This document shows positions 27,501-42,600 of a stretch of DNA of 64,000 nucleotides, one piece after another. The notes beneath the pieces were generated by a model. It was given only the letters and a program-made list of their open reading frames with translations, did not search any database and had not been told where the DNA came from. This DNA comes from Ascidiella aspersa (taxonomy: Eukaryota), in contig OZ004609.1 in NCBI GenBank assembly GCA_963924565.1, positions 24,614,001-24,678,000 on the forward strand, in the 5' to 3' direction. Positions within the stretch are counted from its first letter, which is position 1. Every line of letters begins with the position of its first letter. The translations under genes and the position numbers were made by a program.

Positions 27501-30500
27501 GCGTACCATCTCCACCCCATACGGCAGACACATTTTAAACTTTTCAGGTAAAAATACGCAAACCTAAATGCCCTCGCGAACAATATAGGTTTGCAATTGA
27601 ACCACTGGCTGCGATGCTACAAATTTCATTTAGAACTGAGTTAAACTAAGTCATAAATGTATAAACAATGCATGAGTGTCGCATGTCACATTCTGCGTAC
27701 ATCTTAGTTCTAATTCAACTGGTCTAAACACCAGTTTAAACGCTTCTTTATGATGGTGTGCGATGGAACTCAACGTTCTTGGATGAATAAACAATGCGAG
27801 TATAGGAATCGCGCGAGATACGATTCGAGTCAACTCGAGCGGCTCGCACTTAATAAAACGACCGTCGCTCGTAAAACACGCGCATCACATAAAACGCTGA
27901 TCGTTTATTTTCTCTCTCCGTGTCTCTCTCCCTCTAAAGCGCCCCCTTACCACCGTCTGTCGACGATTGACGCCCGGACAGCTCGCGTGACTGAATATGT
28001 GACGACACAATGCGATCGGACGCGCGTGAAGTTTCCAACGAGCAAACCCAGACCTTCTTCCGCGGTTCTCACACGTCCTCGAAGAGGTTTATTACGGCTC
28101 CGTTCCGAATAGCGTCGCGTTTAGGACGGGATTAGCGCGCGCCACTCTGGACAGGAAGCGTCGGTCTCGTCCGAATTTGGTCCAACCTGTACTTAGATCT
28201 GGACCGGCGTCCGCTCGGACCGATTTTCTGCCGCAACTTGCACCTGAAATCGAAACTCTCCCGTCCTTCCCCGGCAGGGAAATCGTCACGTTTCCTGGCT
28301 GCTGTTTGAGTTATAGGTAAATGCTATTTCGACTAAACATAAAATTTGCCATTGGTACCGGACCTTTGTTGGGTAGTGAAAGTAAACAATCCATTTTTCT
28401 ATTGGGTAGTAAAAATAGACAACTTGATTCCAAGCAATGTCTATTGGCCTGGTTTATTGAAGCAAAAATGATACAAAATAGCATAGACAATTCGTAAAAA
28501 GTGTAGGGCAAAGCTAACATTTTTTCCTTGATACTACACATAAATTGACACCAGTTTAGACACGTGGCTATGCTTGATGAATATTCAGACGCTATTCATC
28601 GGCACGCACTCGAAATCTGCAGTGAACAAACACATTTTTCCCAAATTTCAGTGGACAATATTCGCTGTGCATCAACCTGCAGTAAGACTAACTTTGAGGT
28701 CGATCTCCGAGACGCTACTTGACTTATCAACTGCGCGACTTGGAAGCGATTACCATCTGCAGAGCCGCACTGCCGGGTCATTACGCTTACCACATTACAC
28801 GACTCCAGACTGTCAAACTACTAGTCGAAACGCGTGTAACCCTATATTGGATGCTCGACGGCGGCACGACACAGAAGAAGTCTCCTTTCGTCACGCCGCA
28901 GCTGGAGCGATAATGTGTTTCCCGTATCGCCTTGGATCTGTCACTTGTGTGGTAACCACTATAAACCAGCCCTTGCATACGAAACCCAGAGAGGGCCACA
29001 CAATCCCCGCATTGAAAATTTGGTCCCTGGAATTTGAATGGCCATTTGGTTTGTGTTATAGGCCGAATGGGGCAGACCCAGAAGGGCACGTGGTCATGAG
29101 ACCAGCCCAAAACTGTTTTTTGCCTATTTTAACCACCTAAATGTTTTTTTAAGGTATGTTTGTCTTAGGGCATTTTGTGTTTGTTTAGCTGGAAGGCACC
29201 GTGCGTCTCATCGCACCTTTTGAATTAAAAAGTTCCAACATAATTTGTGACGTAACGTTTTGACGAAACTTTGTGAAGTCATCCCTGAAATTTTTTTATG
29301 ACTTTCAACAAAATATCGGGATACGCCCCTGTCGGTCGGTGGACCTACAATTACATATTTCTAAAAGGCAATGATGTTTTTCTAACCCTTTGTCTATTTA
29401 AGAAGGTTATTAAAAACAAAGTTCAACACCTTTCCATGGTGCTATTTTAGAATCTTTAAAAATAGGTGGAAAAACGGAGCCGTCTACTTTGCGAAGAGGC
29501 CGTGTAAACTGTCCAAGTCACACAAGTCTCGACGAGATAGCTTCAAAGTTAAGTGCTTTAACCTGTTGCTAAACAGGAAACGCGACCGAAACAGTTTTCG
29601 ACGCTGAGGTTTGCGTTTTTCACGCTTGCGACAGCGATGAAAGTTGTAGCGACCGGATTGACCCTTTTCGGCGGATAAAAGTAAACCGCAAACTCGAAAG
29701 TAAGTCGAATTGTTTGGGGTTGCAAGCGCGCAGTTCCTGTGATTACCTAGTTAAAACTGAGTGCGGCTCTATTAAAGCAACTTTCTAAAAACAAAGTCCT
29801 TGTTGAAACATTCGCAACTATCCACAAGAAGAGTGTGAAATGCAACGTTTAAAATCAATGCAACTATTAATGTTTCTTTAATGTAAAAAAAAAATATATT
29901 TCAGTTACACTAATGTTTAAAATTGAGACATCATCAGCAACAATAACATTGAATTATACAAAATTTTGTGTGTACCTTGCTTTAAACGCTACATGTAATT
30001 CAGCCAAACCGTTGTCACTAAAACCGACAAATCTAAAAAATGACTAAGTGCAACAAAACAGTGGAGACTTCCTAAACGGCTTAATACGCCGGTCGGCAGC
30101 TGCTGTAAGTTTGCACATACCGTTCCGTCAAAAATATCCACTATTTTAGGCGTTTATTTTCATCGGCCACCTGTTGCTATTATAAGAGGCACTGGCCCTT
30201 ATCAGTAAATGACCATATTACGTGCTCCGTGTGCTATTAGCGGACGGCAACAACCAACTGCGTTTGCTGACAATTTTAGGAATGCGCCCTTTGTAAACTT
30301 TTGTAATTTAAAAACCAGGCGCTAAAACTCGTGCAAGAAAGATAAACTTTTATTTCACAACCACCATAAATACATTGGAAGATTGTATTTAACGTTCCAC
30401 CGACATAAAGACCGGGATATATGGAGAGACAGGCTGAAACTTTGTATGGCAACGGAGTCAATTCCTATTTGTATGCAGCCGAAATGCCAATATTCAACAG

Positions 30501-30695
30501 ATTCTTAAATGCTAGTCGAAACAAATTTCAAAAAATTAAGAACTTTCGAATTTCGCACAAGGTTGGATGACGCAGGGTCGCTATCCAAGGGCAGTGAACC
30601 ACATTGCAAATACACCAACACGTTACAGTTGAAATGAAGTAACTCTTTACAGTCCATTGCCGTTTGTCACCCAGCGCCAACTTGGTTCGTTGTCG

Positions 30696-33600
30696 TCAGT
30701 AGCGGATCTTAGAAATGGCGTCGGCACGTCGGTCCGTGTTTTGGAAGAGGGCGCGTATCAGGCCCTTTGCTTCGACCACCGTGAACGAAGCACCCAGGGG
30801 CCCTTTGCCGTCCGCCCACCTAGCACAAAAGCACAATTTTTAAGAAGCGCGTTAAGGTTGAAGGTTCACGGTTCGAATCCCGCCTATATCTAACGTGATT
30901 TCCACGTCTCGTTTATACATTAAAATGTATATCAATTGACAACATATGTGCTCGAAAAATGCGGAAATGGTATGCAGCGATGTTGCAAAGCTAGTTTGTA
31001 TATAAGACATAAATCAGGCCGAGGCGAGTAATTTAAAAGAGGAACTTAAGTGAATTAAATTCAAGTCATGGACTTAGAACACTGGTATAAAGACATTTAA
31101 CAAGAACGTTAACATCGTAAGAAAATGAGAGGTATGTCATCAGAAAATAGTGTGCATCTGAACATGTAAAAGCAAATTACTCGATAGTAAATCTTCTTGA
31201 AACACTAAACGTAACTACTTCTGAGAAGCGTGCTTCGTATTTTAATTTTGCGTGTAGAATATCCCTAAGCGTATTTCTTTGTTCGTGGTTTGAAATCTGC
31301 TAACACGTTTACAAAGCAATGCGGCGGGAAGCAAACGTGTTTAACTTGCCCGGTCTGTTTATCCGTTAAATCGATTCAGCGTAGAAACCTCAGCGTCAGT
31401 GTTGTGACGACTTATAACAATTTGACTTAAGAACACTTTTAATTCACAGTTTCCAAATTACTTGACTAAGTATTTTAGAAAAAATACTTGACTTGACTTA
31501 TATCAATTGGAGAAATGAGCTGACTTGAGCGTAAGTGATTTACGCAATTTACTTTTCTTGAACTGAATACCTTTCAGTAAAGTTGAGTTATTTACGTAAA
31601 ACATCCTAACTTGCTATTTGTGTTGCATTTTATGTTTGCTATGCGAAATATTCAGAATAGACAAAAAGTTTAACATTTATTTTGGAAGACAATAACGCAT
31701 CTTTGGTTTAACCTGTTATGGCAAGACTTGGACTGGGACTATAGACTTGCTGTTCGTTTAAAGCAGGGGTTATTAAACTTGTTTTACCGCGGACCCCTAA
31801 AATTTGTTTTACTTCGCGTGAACCACGGTAGGCAAGGAATTTTAGAGATGACGTCATAAATTAAGATCACAATACAAATAGACTTTATTTTTGAAATAAT
31901 AATAATATTTTATTTTATTTTTTGAAATCTGCTGTTTTCGGTCCAAAAAAGGATAGGTGAAATGAGATCTAAATAATTCAGTGCAAAAGCGTTTTATTTT
32001 TAATTAAGCTCTTTTCTTTGGAAAAATTATTACTTTTGAAATCAACAGTACTATTTGTGATTTAGGCCTTAATGAATCCCCTAAAACTAGTTTACAGACC
32101 CTCAAGGGGTCTATGCCATGGACCTCAGTTTAAGAATCCCTGGTTTAAAGTAAAGTGACTTGACTTTGACTCCTGTTGTGTTCCGATGACTTGACTGTAA
32201 AAAATACTTTTTTAAAAGTGAAACACTTCTCAGCGTTAAACCTGTAGTTACCTGTCCACAATGTCGCGTAGGCTGGCGTCCAGCACGAAGACGAGTTCGA
32301 TGAGGCGCGGCCACTTGCGCAGCGACCTCTGGAAGGGGAAGTTAGCCGGCACCGAATCGTCATCCTCGTCTTCCGGCTTGGCGAAGAGTGCCGGGAGCTG
32401 ATCCCGCAGGATGCAGCAGATCTGGTGGAGGAAGAGAATGGGATGGTTTGAACTCTTTAAGAATCCGGTGGTTCTCACGCTTTTTCAGTGATGGTTTGAA
32501 CTCTTTCAGCTTTTTGGTTCGTTTTTAAATACAAGCAGAGTCCAATGATTCTTACGCTGTTTTAGTGTTGCTACTCTTAATTACCCCTTTGGTAAAACTG
32601 TAAAGTAATGATCCGTGATTAACCTTTAAATAAACAACACCAGATATGTTGACGGTGAAAATAAATAAATAGGTATTTGAAACGTTCAAAATGATACCTA
32701 CTTTAATACTTGATATTGATAACAATTAATAAACGGCGAGTTTTTGATGGATTTTCATATCCCCCATTTTAAAATTATAAAGTTAATGCAGGCCTACAAA
32801 AAACTAATAAATATAGTATAGATTAGAACGACCTAAAACATTGCATTCAATAAAACATTAAAAAGGCTGATGCTACTGCTATTGAAAAAAGCATCTCCTA
32901 TTACTTTCAAATAAAAGTGACACATGTATAGGAACGGCATATTTCAGTGGTTTTGAAATATGTATAGGGACGGAATATTTTAGTGGGTTATAAATACAAA
33001 AGTTTTTACATGAATTTAGGTTTTCCGATTATTTAAACCAGACTATTTTTCTTATAAGTTACATTCCATTTTACCATTAAAGTATATTTCAAACATCACG
33101 TCTTCTTAAATACAGATTAGCGACAGCCGCTTGCTTTAGTCTATTGCTTTTTAATGATCTTGCATTACAATTATATAATATATATGTCATCAAAACTTAT
33201 TTCATTACGCAAAACATTTATTTTGAACTTAGCAATAGGATGGGCGGTACGATTTCCTAGTTTAAGGTAAAACCCGCTAATTTAAGTGCTGGTTATGGAC
33301 CATTAAAGATAGTCAATGGAATTGTGAAGCGACAAAAAACAATGCTGGTCCAAAATCCTGCCACATTTTCGTCCGGGGGTTTATATTGCTAACATTATTT
33401 GGGTTAAGGTGCGAGCTAAGGCTTGGGTTTGGGAGGGTCAAGTTAATGTTATTATCATATTTATTCTCCTATATTTACTTCAAATGTGACAACTCTTTCG
33501 TTAGTGGAAAAAATGTTAGGATTGTAGATCAGAGCCACAACTACACCTGTATAAATCGATAAACCGCATTTGGAAACAAATTCAAACATTTTCTAAACAG

Positions 33601-36600
33601 TAAAGTCGACGGAAAACAAAAGCCTACAACACCCGGTATTCCCAGGCGGTCACCCATCCAAGTACTAACCGGGCCCGACGTTGCTTAACTTCCCAGATCG
33701 GACGAGATGGGGTGGATTCAACGTGGTATGGTCGTAGGCAACGGTAAGCGCGAAATCAATCGCTATATACGCGCGTGGATATCAATTAGGCCAGGAAAAG
33801 ATATTGGTGTAATGTTTTCCGATAAGTACTGTATAAATTTCTAACATTGCTGATTAAAGGCTCGCTACCGTTTCTCTTTTCATAAAAAGCCTTACGGTTA
33901 GAGAAGTTGGCCCAACTAACATCTCTACATTTAAATATTGCCTCCCAAAAAATGCTCTGATTAAATTTTCAATCTTCAAAACATACAAAACGTAGCACAA
34001 CAAAATGAATATATGAAGATTTATCTAATTTCCTTAAAATCACGATTTTTTTTTAGCAAGGAGGCATCAAGACACTTACACAGAATACGTACAGCAACCC
34101 TAACCGAGTATAAACAACGCAACATTTGGACTGGGTTAGCAAAATATCGCGTTCATTGCAGCGGTTTAACACTAAGCAAATTTACTTTTCAAACAGTTTT
34201 TTTTTTCGTTAGATGCAGTATGGGATTTACGTTTTTGCTTGAATTTCGCGCAATTTGAATAAACGATTGGTTCGCAATGCAAAAAGAATTCACAGGGCGC
34301 GATCTTTGTTAGTGTATTATAAAATAAAGCCACTTTAGGTTTAATTATTTTCGGTGCATTTCGGACAGTATGACAAAAATCTATTTCACGGCGTCTCATG
34401 GTGAAAAGTTTAACAAAGTTTGGAGCTGGTCTGGAATCCTGCCACATTTTCGTCCGGGGTTTATATTGCTCACATTATTTGGGTTAGTGTTTGTGTTTGG
34501 GTGGGTTAAGTTATTGTTAATAATATATTTATTCTCCCACATTTTGTAATTTTGATTTTGCCAACTTGTTTGGTTACTGTTAAAAAGTGGTAGAATTGTC
34601 AGAACAGTACCTGTATAAATCGATCAATCGCATTTGAAAACGAATGCGAAAAATAAGTAAGTCGACGAAATACAAAAGCCTACAACACCCGGTATTCCCA
34701 GGCGGTCACCCATCCAAGTACTAACCGGGCCCGACGTTGCTTAACTTCCCAGATCGGACGAGATGGGGTGGATTCAACGTGGTATGGTCGTAGGCAAAGT
34801 TAAGCGCGAAATCAATAGATATATACGCGCGTGGAAATCAATTACGACATACAAAACATATTGGAAATGTTTTCTGCTGAACGTTTTTTAGGTACAGTAT
34901 AAAGTAGGGCTACCATATTTTCAGCACCCAAAATAGGAAAAATTTTTTGCCGGCAAGTAAAACGAAAGTACAATTGTTTCTTTGGAGTTTAATGAAGTTT
35001 TATGCTGATTTTCGGGATGTTTGGTTGTTTTGGGATTCTCGGGTTAATTTTTGATAGGATATTTGGTGTTACTGGCCGACTCAAGCGCAAATATTGATCG
35101 GTTTGTTGTAAATTTTGCGGTTGGCGGCTACAAAGACAGTTACATGGGACGATTTAAAATCCTACGTTTTAAAGTGAATAATCACACAACTTTGCTTTAT
35201 TAATGGGCCTTTTTTTACATGTGAGGTTTGGTTGCAAATTTTCTGGCGCAATGTTTGCAATAACAATCAAGAACAAGGGAGGGCAATTATATTTAACCGC
35301 GGGCCGCATGGGAAACTTTAAATGTTGTGGTGGGCCAGGTCAAAATTAGGATCTCAGATACACGCAATATGACGTCATACTCTAACGCTATAAAACACAT
35401 AAGCTAATGAATTTGTTATTACGTTTGGAGTTGTGCCAAAATGTGCAATTTAAGTCAAAATTTAAGAAAGCCACAAGGCATCGGGGCAAGCGCGAAAAAT
35501 GCGACTATATTGGTTTCAAAATGTAAAGTTTAATTTAGAGTTCAAGGGGGGGCATGACGCATTAAGCACAGAAAAAAAAATATAAGTTGCTTAATATATT
35601 GGCGTTTGCGGTACAACGGCCATATTGCAAAGACGATATAAATGGGGAGAAACACACAACATGACATTAACTAAACTAGGTCGAAAAAATGTGAATCGGT
35701 ATAATGTTTCAGAGTTTAGAAAACGGTCGGTATTTCGTTCAGATTTTAAAGACGGAATACTTTCGACAGAAGCGCAAAAGATATATAAATATTAGACTAA
35801 ATTAGTTAAACTTTCGTCGGAGATAGTGCCACAGTGCAGAAGACGCTATTTGTCAGTTAAGATGCCAAAAATCATGTGAAACATACGAGAAAGACAGAAG
35901 AGATTCGCGCAAATCGCGAAAACAGTTTCCGTTTTAGTATTTAGAACAGGCTTAAAATATAAGTTTGCGGGCTCATGACTAGATCCGTCCCTGGAAAAAG
36001 TGTTTTAGGATACAACCAAACATGTAGAAACTCGTCCTTGTTTTCCCTTGACCTATATGTATTTTAAGGAAAATAAGACAAGGGCCGGATTAAATTGCTT
36101 GGTGGGCCGTATATTGCCCAGGTCTGATAAAAAAGGTAGGGTTGGTAGGGCAATTTATTGGAAAACCTTTTCTAAACCAGCAATTCGGCATGTTTCATGG
36201 CTACAGTATTTTTTTGGAAATAAATACAACGTCTCGCTTAAAAGTATTGTTGAAAATATATGCAACTAACTCCAAATGCGAAAAAATAGGACATTTGGGC
36301 ATTTTTAAGCATCCTCAAAGGACCATTCACTTTTCTTGAGAAAAAAGGACAAATCCTCCTAGAAGAGGACATATGGTAGGCGTAGTAGTATAAAGGTTCT
36401 AACATTACTGATTGAAGGCTCGCTACCGTTTCTCAATTTATAAGAAACCTTTCCGTTAAATAAGATTGCCCAACTAAGATCTAATCGCCTTTTTTTTTAA
36501 ATTGCTCTGTGATAAAATGATCAATCTTAAAAATATACACAACGTCGCACAAAAAATGAAGATATATATAAGTTCCTTTAAATATCGATTTTTTTTAAAG

Positions 36601-39600
36601 AGTCATAGTTCCTATCGTCGTGAGGTCATGAGAAAATATTAAAACGACTCGCTAAAATAATTCACAGGGCGAAATTGTTAGTTTATTATATAAGTCATTT
36701 TAGGTTTACCGGTAATTCTTTTCCGCACATTTCGGACAGTACGGCAAAATTCTATTTCACGACGCCCTAGGATTGTGCAATAGCGCCAAAACTAAACATG
36801 TGTAAATCGATTAATCGCATTTAGAAAAGAATTTAAACATTTTCTAAACAGTAAAGTCGACGGAAAACAAAAGCCTACAACACCCGGTATTCCCAGGCGG
36901 TCACCCATCCAAGTACTAACCGGGCCCGACGTTGCTTAACTTCCCAGATCGGACGAGATGGGGTGGATTCAACGTGGTATGGTCGTAGGCAAAGGTTAGC
37001 GCGAAATCAATGGCTATAGACGCGCGCGTGCATCAACTACGCCAGACATATTATATCGGTTGTGTTTTACGTTTACGTCTAGGTGTAAGCTTTCTAAGAT
37101 TACTGATTTAAAGACTTGCTAGTGTTTTTCATTTTATATGAAACCTTTCGGAAGTTTGCCCAACTAAGATCTATTTTAAATATCGCCTTCTTAAAAAAAA
37201 ATACTCTGTGGTCAAATGATTAATCTTTAAAACATACACAACGTCGCACAAAAAAATGAATTTAGGTTCCTTTAAATTTCGATTTTTTTTTAAAGAGGTT
37301 TAGTTCCCATAGTCGTGAGGTCATGAGAAAATATTAAAACGACTCGCTAAAACGAGTTGGAAAGGAGAATTCACGAAGCACGGTCGTTGTTAGTTTATTA
37401 TGAAATATAAGCCATTTTAGCTTCAATTGTTTTTGGTACATTTCGGACAGTATGACAAAAATCTATTTTACGGCACCTAATGGCGCAATCAAGACACGCT
37501 GTGACCTTTCCATAAAACATGACATCGTACTGTTCGACTGAAATCTTTTTCGCGATTAACAAAACAAAGTTTGGCTCTGGTCGAGAATCCTGCCACATTT
37601 TCGTCCGGGGGTTTATATTGCTAACATTATTTGGGTTGAGGTGCGAGATAAGGCTTGGGTTTGGGAGGGTCAAGTTACTGCTATTATCATATTTATTCTC
37701 CTATATTTACTTCAAATGTGACAACTCTTTCGTTACTGTAAAAAAATGTTAGGATTGTAGATCAGAGCAACAACAATACCTGTATAAATCGATAAACCGC
37801 ATTTGGAAACAAATTCAAACATTTTCTAAATAGTAAGTCGACTGAAAACAAAAGCCTACAACACCCGGTATTCCCAGGCGGTCACCCATCCAAGTACTAA
37901 CCGGGCCCGACGTTGCTTAACTTCCCAGATCGGACGAGATGGGGTGGATTCAACGTGGTATGGTCGTAGGCAAAGGTAAGCGCGAAATCAATGGCTATAT
38001 ACGCGCGGGTATATAACAATTAGGCCAGACAAACACTATTGGTAGTTTTCCGTTGACGTATAAACATTTTAACATTACTGATTTAACGCTATATAGTCAC
38101 TAGTGTTTCTCATGTTATAAGCAACCTCTCGATTAAAGAAGTTATCCCAACTAAGACCTACATTTTTAAATATTGCCTATTTTAAAAAATGTTCTGTGAT
38201 CAAATGTAAATTTTCAAAAACATATAAAAATTTATTTTATTTCCTTGAAATCTCGAAGTATTTAAAGAGTCATAGTGCCCACGGCCATGATGTCTTAAGA
38301 AAATATTAAAACGACTCGCTAAAACGAGTTGGTTAGCAATGCAAAAAATAATTCACAGGGCGCGACCGTTGTTAGTTTATTATAAAATATAAGCCATTTT
38401 AGGTTTAATTGTTTTCGGTACATTTCGGACAGTATGACAAAAATCTATTTCACGGCACCTGATGGTGCAATCAAGACACGCAGTGACCTGGCCGTAAAAT
38501 CATGATCTCGTACTGTTCGACTGAAATCTTTTTCACGTTTAGGAAAACAAAGTTTGGCGCTGGTCGAGAATCCTGCCACATTTTCGTCCGGGGGTTTATA
38601 TTGCTAACATTATTTGGGTTGAGGTGCGGGCGCGATCTTTGTTAGTGTATTATAAAATAAAGCCACTTTAGGTTTAATTATTTTCGGTGCATTTCGGACA
38701 GTATGACAAAAATCTATTTCACGGCACCTTATGGTGCAATCAAGACACGCAGTGACCTGGCCGTGAAAACATGATAACGTAATGTTCGACTGAAATCTAT
38801 TTCGAACTCACGTTTAACAAAGTTTGGAGCTGGTCTGGAATCCTGCAACATTTTCGTCCGGGGTTTATATTGCTCACATTATTTGGGTTAGTGTTTGTGT
38901 TTGGGTGGGTTAAGTTATTGTTAATAATATATTTATTCTCCCATATTTTGTAATTTTGATTTTGCCAACTCGTTTGGTTACTGTTAAAAAGTGGTAGAAT
39001 TGTCAGAACAGTACCTGTATAAATCGATCAATCGCATTTGAAAACGAATGCGAAAAATAAGTAAGTCGACGAAATACAAAAGCCTACAACACCCGGTATT
39101 CCCAGGCGGTCACCCATCCAAGTACTAACCGGGCCCGACGTTGCTTAACTTCCCAGATCGGACGAGATGGGGTGGATTCAACGTGGTATGGTCGTAGGCA
39201 ACGGTAAGCGCGAAATCAATCGGTATATATGCGTGTTGATGTTAATTAGGCCAAACAAAATATATTGGTAACTAGACGAAATACCCGGCGTTGCCCAAGT
39301 TAAATAGGGTATCTACTTTTTACTTGTAACAATTAATAAACATTTGCAGTAGGCGGTATGTATTATGTGCATTCGTGCAATGCCCGATTTTGCGTGGTAT
39401 TGCAGGTAGCAAAAGACGTTCTTGTAATTTAGCGTAGCCCTGTACACGGAACTTAGTAAACTGTGCTGCTGCTGATAGTCGAATTATGATATAAATCAAT
39501 CACACATATTTCACGGTCTTGGTTTAGTTTTTCGCCTATGTTAACGATTGCACACTAAGCAGTTTCGCAGCTGGCACCTGGCAGGAGTTTTGACAACGCA

Positions 39601-42600
39601 TTGTTCGCTTTGCGTCTTACGGTTTGCTTTTGCTGTATACGTTAATTGACTCTTTCTGGTTAGTTTTTTTCAATTTATGACGTCATTAAAATCACTATTT
39701 TATGAGGTCATGCCTGTCACTATTTTTATTTTGACTGCCGGATCGAAGTACCAAGTTCGGAACCGATAATGCCGCACACTGCAAATTGTAAAGGTGGGAT
39801 AGCTTTGGGTGAGTGAAGAAAGGCAAAAGAGATTAAGCTTACCAACTGCAGCATACATTTACGTTTAGTCTAAACACGACCATGCTGCCGCTGTGCATGC
39901 TTACGGCTTGTTGCTACACACATCAATAAATCACTATTATTAGAACGCTAATATAAATAGCAAACTATTAAATCTCTTCACCTACGTTATGTTTTGACGA
40001 TATTTTCTCGCCCTTAGGAGGCATTGTAGTTTGATCGTAAATAGCTTTGACATTGCTTTGCGCCGTTACTGACCGCAACTATGCAAATGTAACTAATTTC
40101 AGTTTATCCACTGCCATGCTGATTTAAGACTATTGATAAAATTCGGCACTCATGCGCTAATCAGCCGAAAATTTATTTTGACAGATATTAGACAAAATTA
40201 CGGATTTTAAACTTAAAAGCACGTGTTTTGTCTTTCATTAGGGGGTACGCCATAAATGCAGCTATGTCAAAAGGGTAGGCAAGTAAAAAATGGAAAACCA
40301 CTGTTTTAATCCCAGCTCAAAATACCGCGTGGCGTGGCTGCGCTAAAAGAGTATCAACCAAAGAAAAAACTTACAGTTTTTAGCTGAACAGAATCGTCCG
40401 AGGTGATGTCTTCCATGGAACACACTGAGTTGACCACTTCGCCGATAGCGGAGTCGACGAGTGCCGAAAGACTGCGCATGAACATCGGTAGCGGAAGGAC
40501 ACCACGCCAGACCTTGCGCAGATGATGCAGCTGGTACATGACCTGACGGAGAATGGAATCAATATCGGGTTGATGTTGTGCTTTTACGGAAAGTGCACCG
40601 CGGGCAAGCAACGTATTATAGTACAAATTTAAACTTTTGAGTCATCATTGAGAACTTGCGCACGCGTAGAAGCGACGATTTGGAATCGCCTTTGGTGTGG
40701 GTAAAACTTGCTTACAAACCACCTGGAACTATCTCTGTTTCTGCATATCTCATAGTCGCGCTGTCTTGGAATTCAGTTTTTCAATAGCTCATACCAGTAT
40801 TTCTAAAAGTTGTACAACATTCTTGCGCTATAGGCTACATGAATACAAGTAAACTAACAGTTTCCTCTTTGTGTAAGAAAAACAAAGATGTATGGAGTTT
40901 CGGGAGCATATGGTTTAAAGGTGTGTTAGCTAGACGTAGAATAAATATTTAAAGCCCTACACAACTATATAGCACTGTGTAAACGTTTTTAACAGTTTAA
41001 ATTTTACCACGTTATTTGAGGCAGACAATAATTGTTAAGTATAGCCCGTTAAAAAAGGAATAAACACCAAACAGTTATACGAAATGTTAGAATGCTATCA
41101 ATTTCCAGTATGGGCTTTGATGTGTATTCTTCGCCTAAATCCCTAATTCTGTCCTATTTTATGTTTTTCTGGTAAGTGTAAAACATATAGTGCGTGAAAA
41201 AATTTTTTAAATATTTTTAGATTTTCTTAAGCATCACCGTAAACTATAAGTAACAAACGTTTGTTTGAACGTGTAGTGGACTGTTCAAAACACTTATGCT
41301 TCTAAAAGAGATAGTTAATGCTGTTGTTTGATACATAGTCATTAACAGCCGTTTGAAATTTGGTAAGATAATCATAATAATGTCCCCTAGCATAAAACTC
41401 TTTTCAAGTAATGTGCTTATGAAAGACCAGACCAAGCGATAGGTTTGACTCACGTGCGCAGTTTAAAAGATAACCATAGAAACCTGTTTGATTGGCTTTT
41501 CGGCCATCTGATACTTGTCGGCGTTCGTGTTGGTGGCGAAGTTTTTCAACGGCGAAAGGTACTCGACAATGACGTTTCGCTGTCGTCTCATCTGGGCAAG
41601 AAAGCAATCTTCGCCTGGGCGGAAAGTAGAACAATGTTTGTTCCAGTCACGGTGAGAGAGCAATCGGCCAATAATTGAAGCGTTTTAAGTAATTTCCACA
41701 AATAACCCACAACAGAAAGGTGTCCGAGATTTTGGATTGAAAAAACACGACACTTTTACACGATATGGCAAATGTACGTACTACCAACTCGCGTCTTTTT
41801 GTTTTTATTTGCGGTAAAGCTAGTAAAAAGTAAAATAATCTACAGCTGATGCTGAAAAAATCTTAAGCCTTCGACTGCACCAATTTTGACACTATGATCA
41901 CATTTTAAAGACGATCAATTAGTCGCGCAAAAAAAAATTTAATGAGAATTATTTTGCATTTTTTTTATTCAAGATTTTTAATAATCATGGGACAAGTAAA
42001 TCGATAGCGCATTAATACTTAGGAATAGGGGGGGTCACCTACCTAGTTTTCGTAAAGGTTGAACTTGTTGAACGAAAGTCAAGTCTGCGCTCTTGACCAT
42101 GGACGGTAACCTAGTGGACAGCTGCTGACCCATGGTCAAGAGATGGTGGGCAATGTAGTAGCAGTTGTTGTGGTGGACGGCGGACACTTGCGGCAAACTT
42201 TCCAACGCGTCTCTGTAACAACAGAATAATTAAAACTGTTTGACCTTGAATAAATTAAAACTGTTTGACCTCGCCTATATTTACATTTTAAATGCTTTTG
42301 CTAAATGACAGCGTTGGAAACTGGCCATTTTGTAGTGATTCAAGTTCAGGCCACATCACCATGCAATACAATAATTTTATATCCGGGAAACATTTTCTGG
42401 TCTAGAATCTTTCCACTTTTGTAACGAAACGAGTTGCAAAAAATTGCAGGAAATATTAAATGTTATAACAATATTTGACCTACACTAACCTAAATAATAA
42501 TGTTTGCAAGAAAATGTAGTAGTAGGTTTCTAGACCAGCATCACATTTTCGGCTTATGTTAAGGTAGTCTAAAACAAACAATAGCTTTCCAAATTTACTT

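Noticed and set aside
30850-30885. GGTTCGAATCCC B-box / tRNA T-arm-like motif
   Set aside because: No A-box or cloverleaf could be built; at most a tRNA-SINE remnant in the last ZW10 intron.
33740-39270. Possible spliced-leader RNA, snRNA or snoRNA genes in the 5S spacer
   Set aside because: No match to a spliced-leader exon, Sm site or box C/D pair that I could support; the GGTAAG next to 5S is part of the upstream module on the opposite strand. A covariance-model search would settle it.
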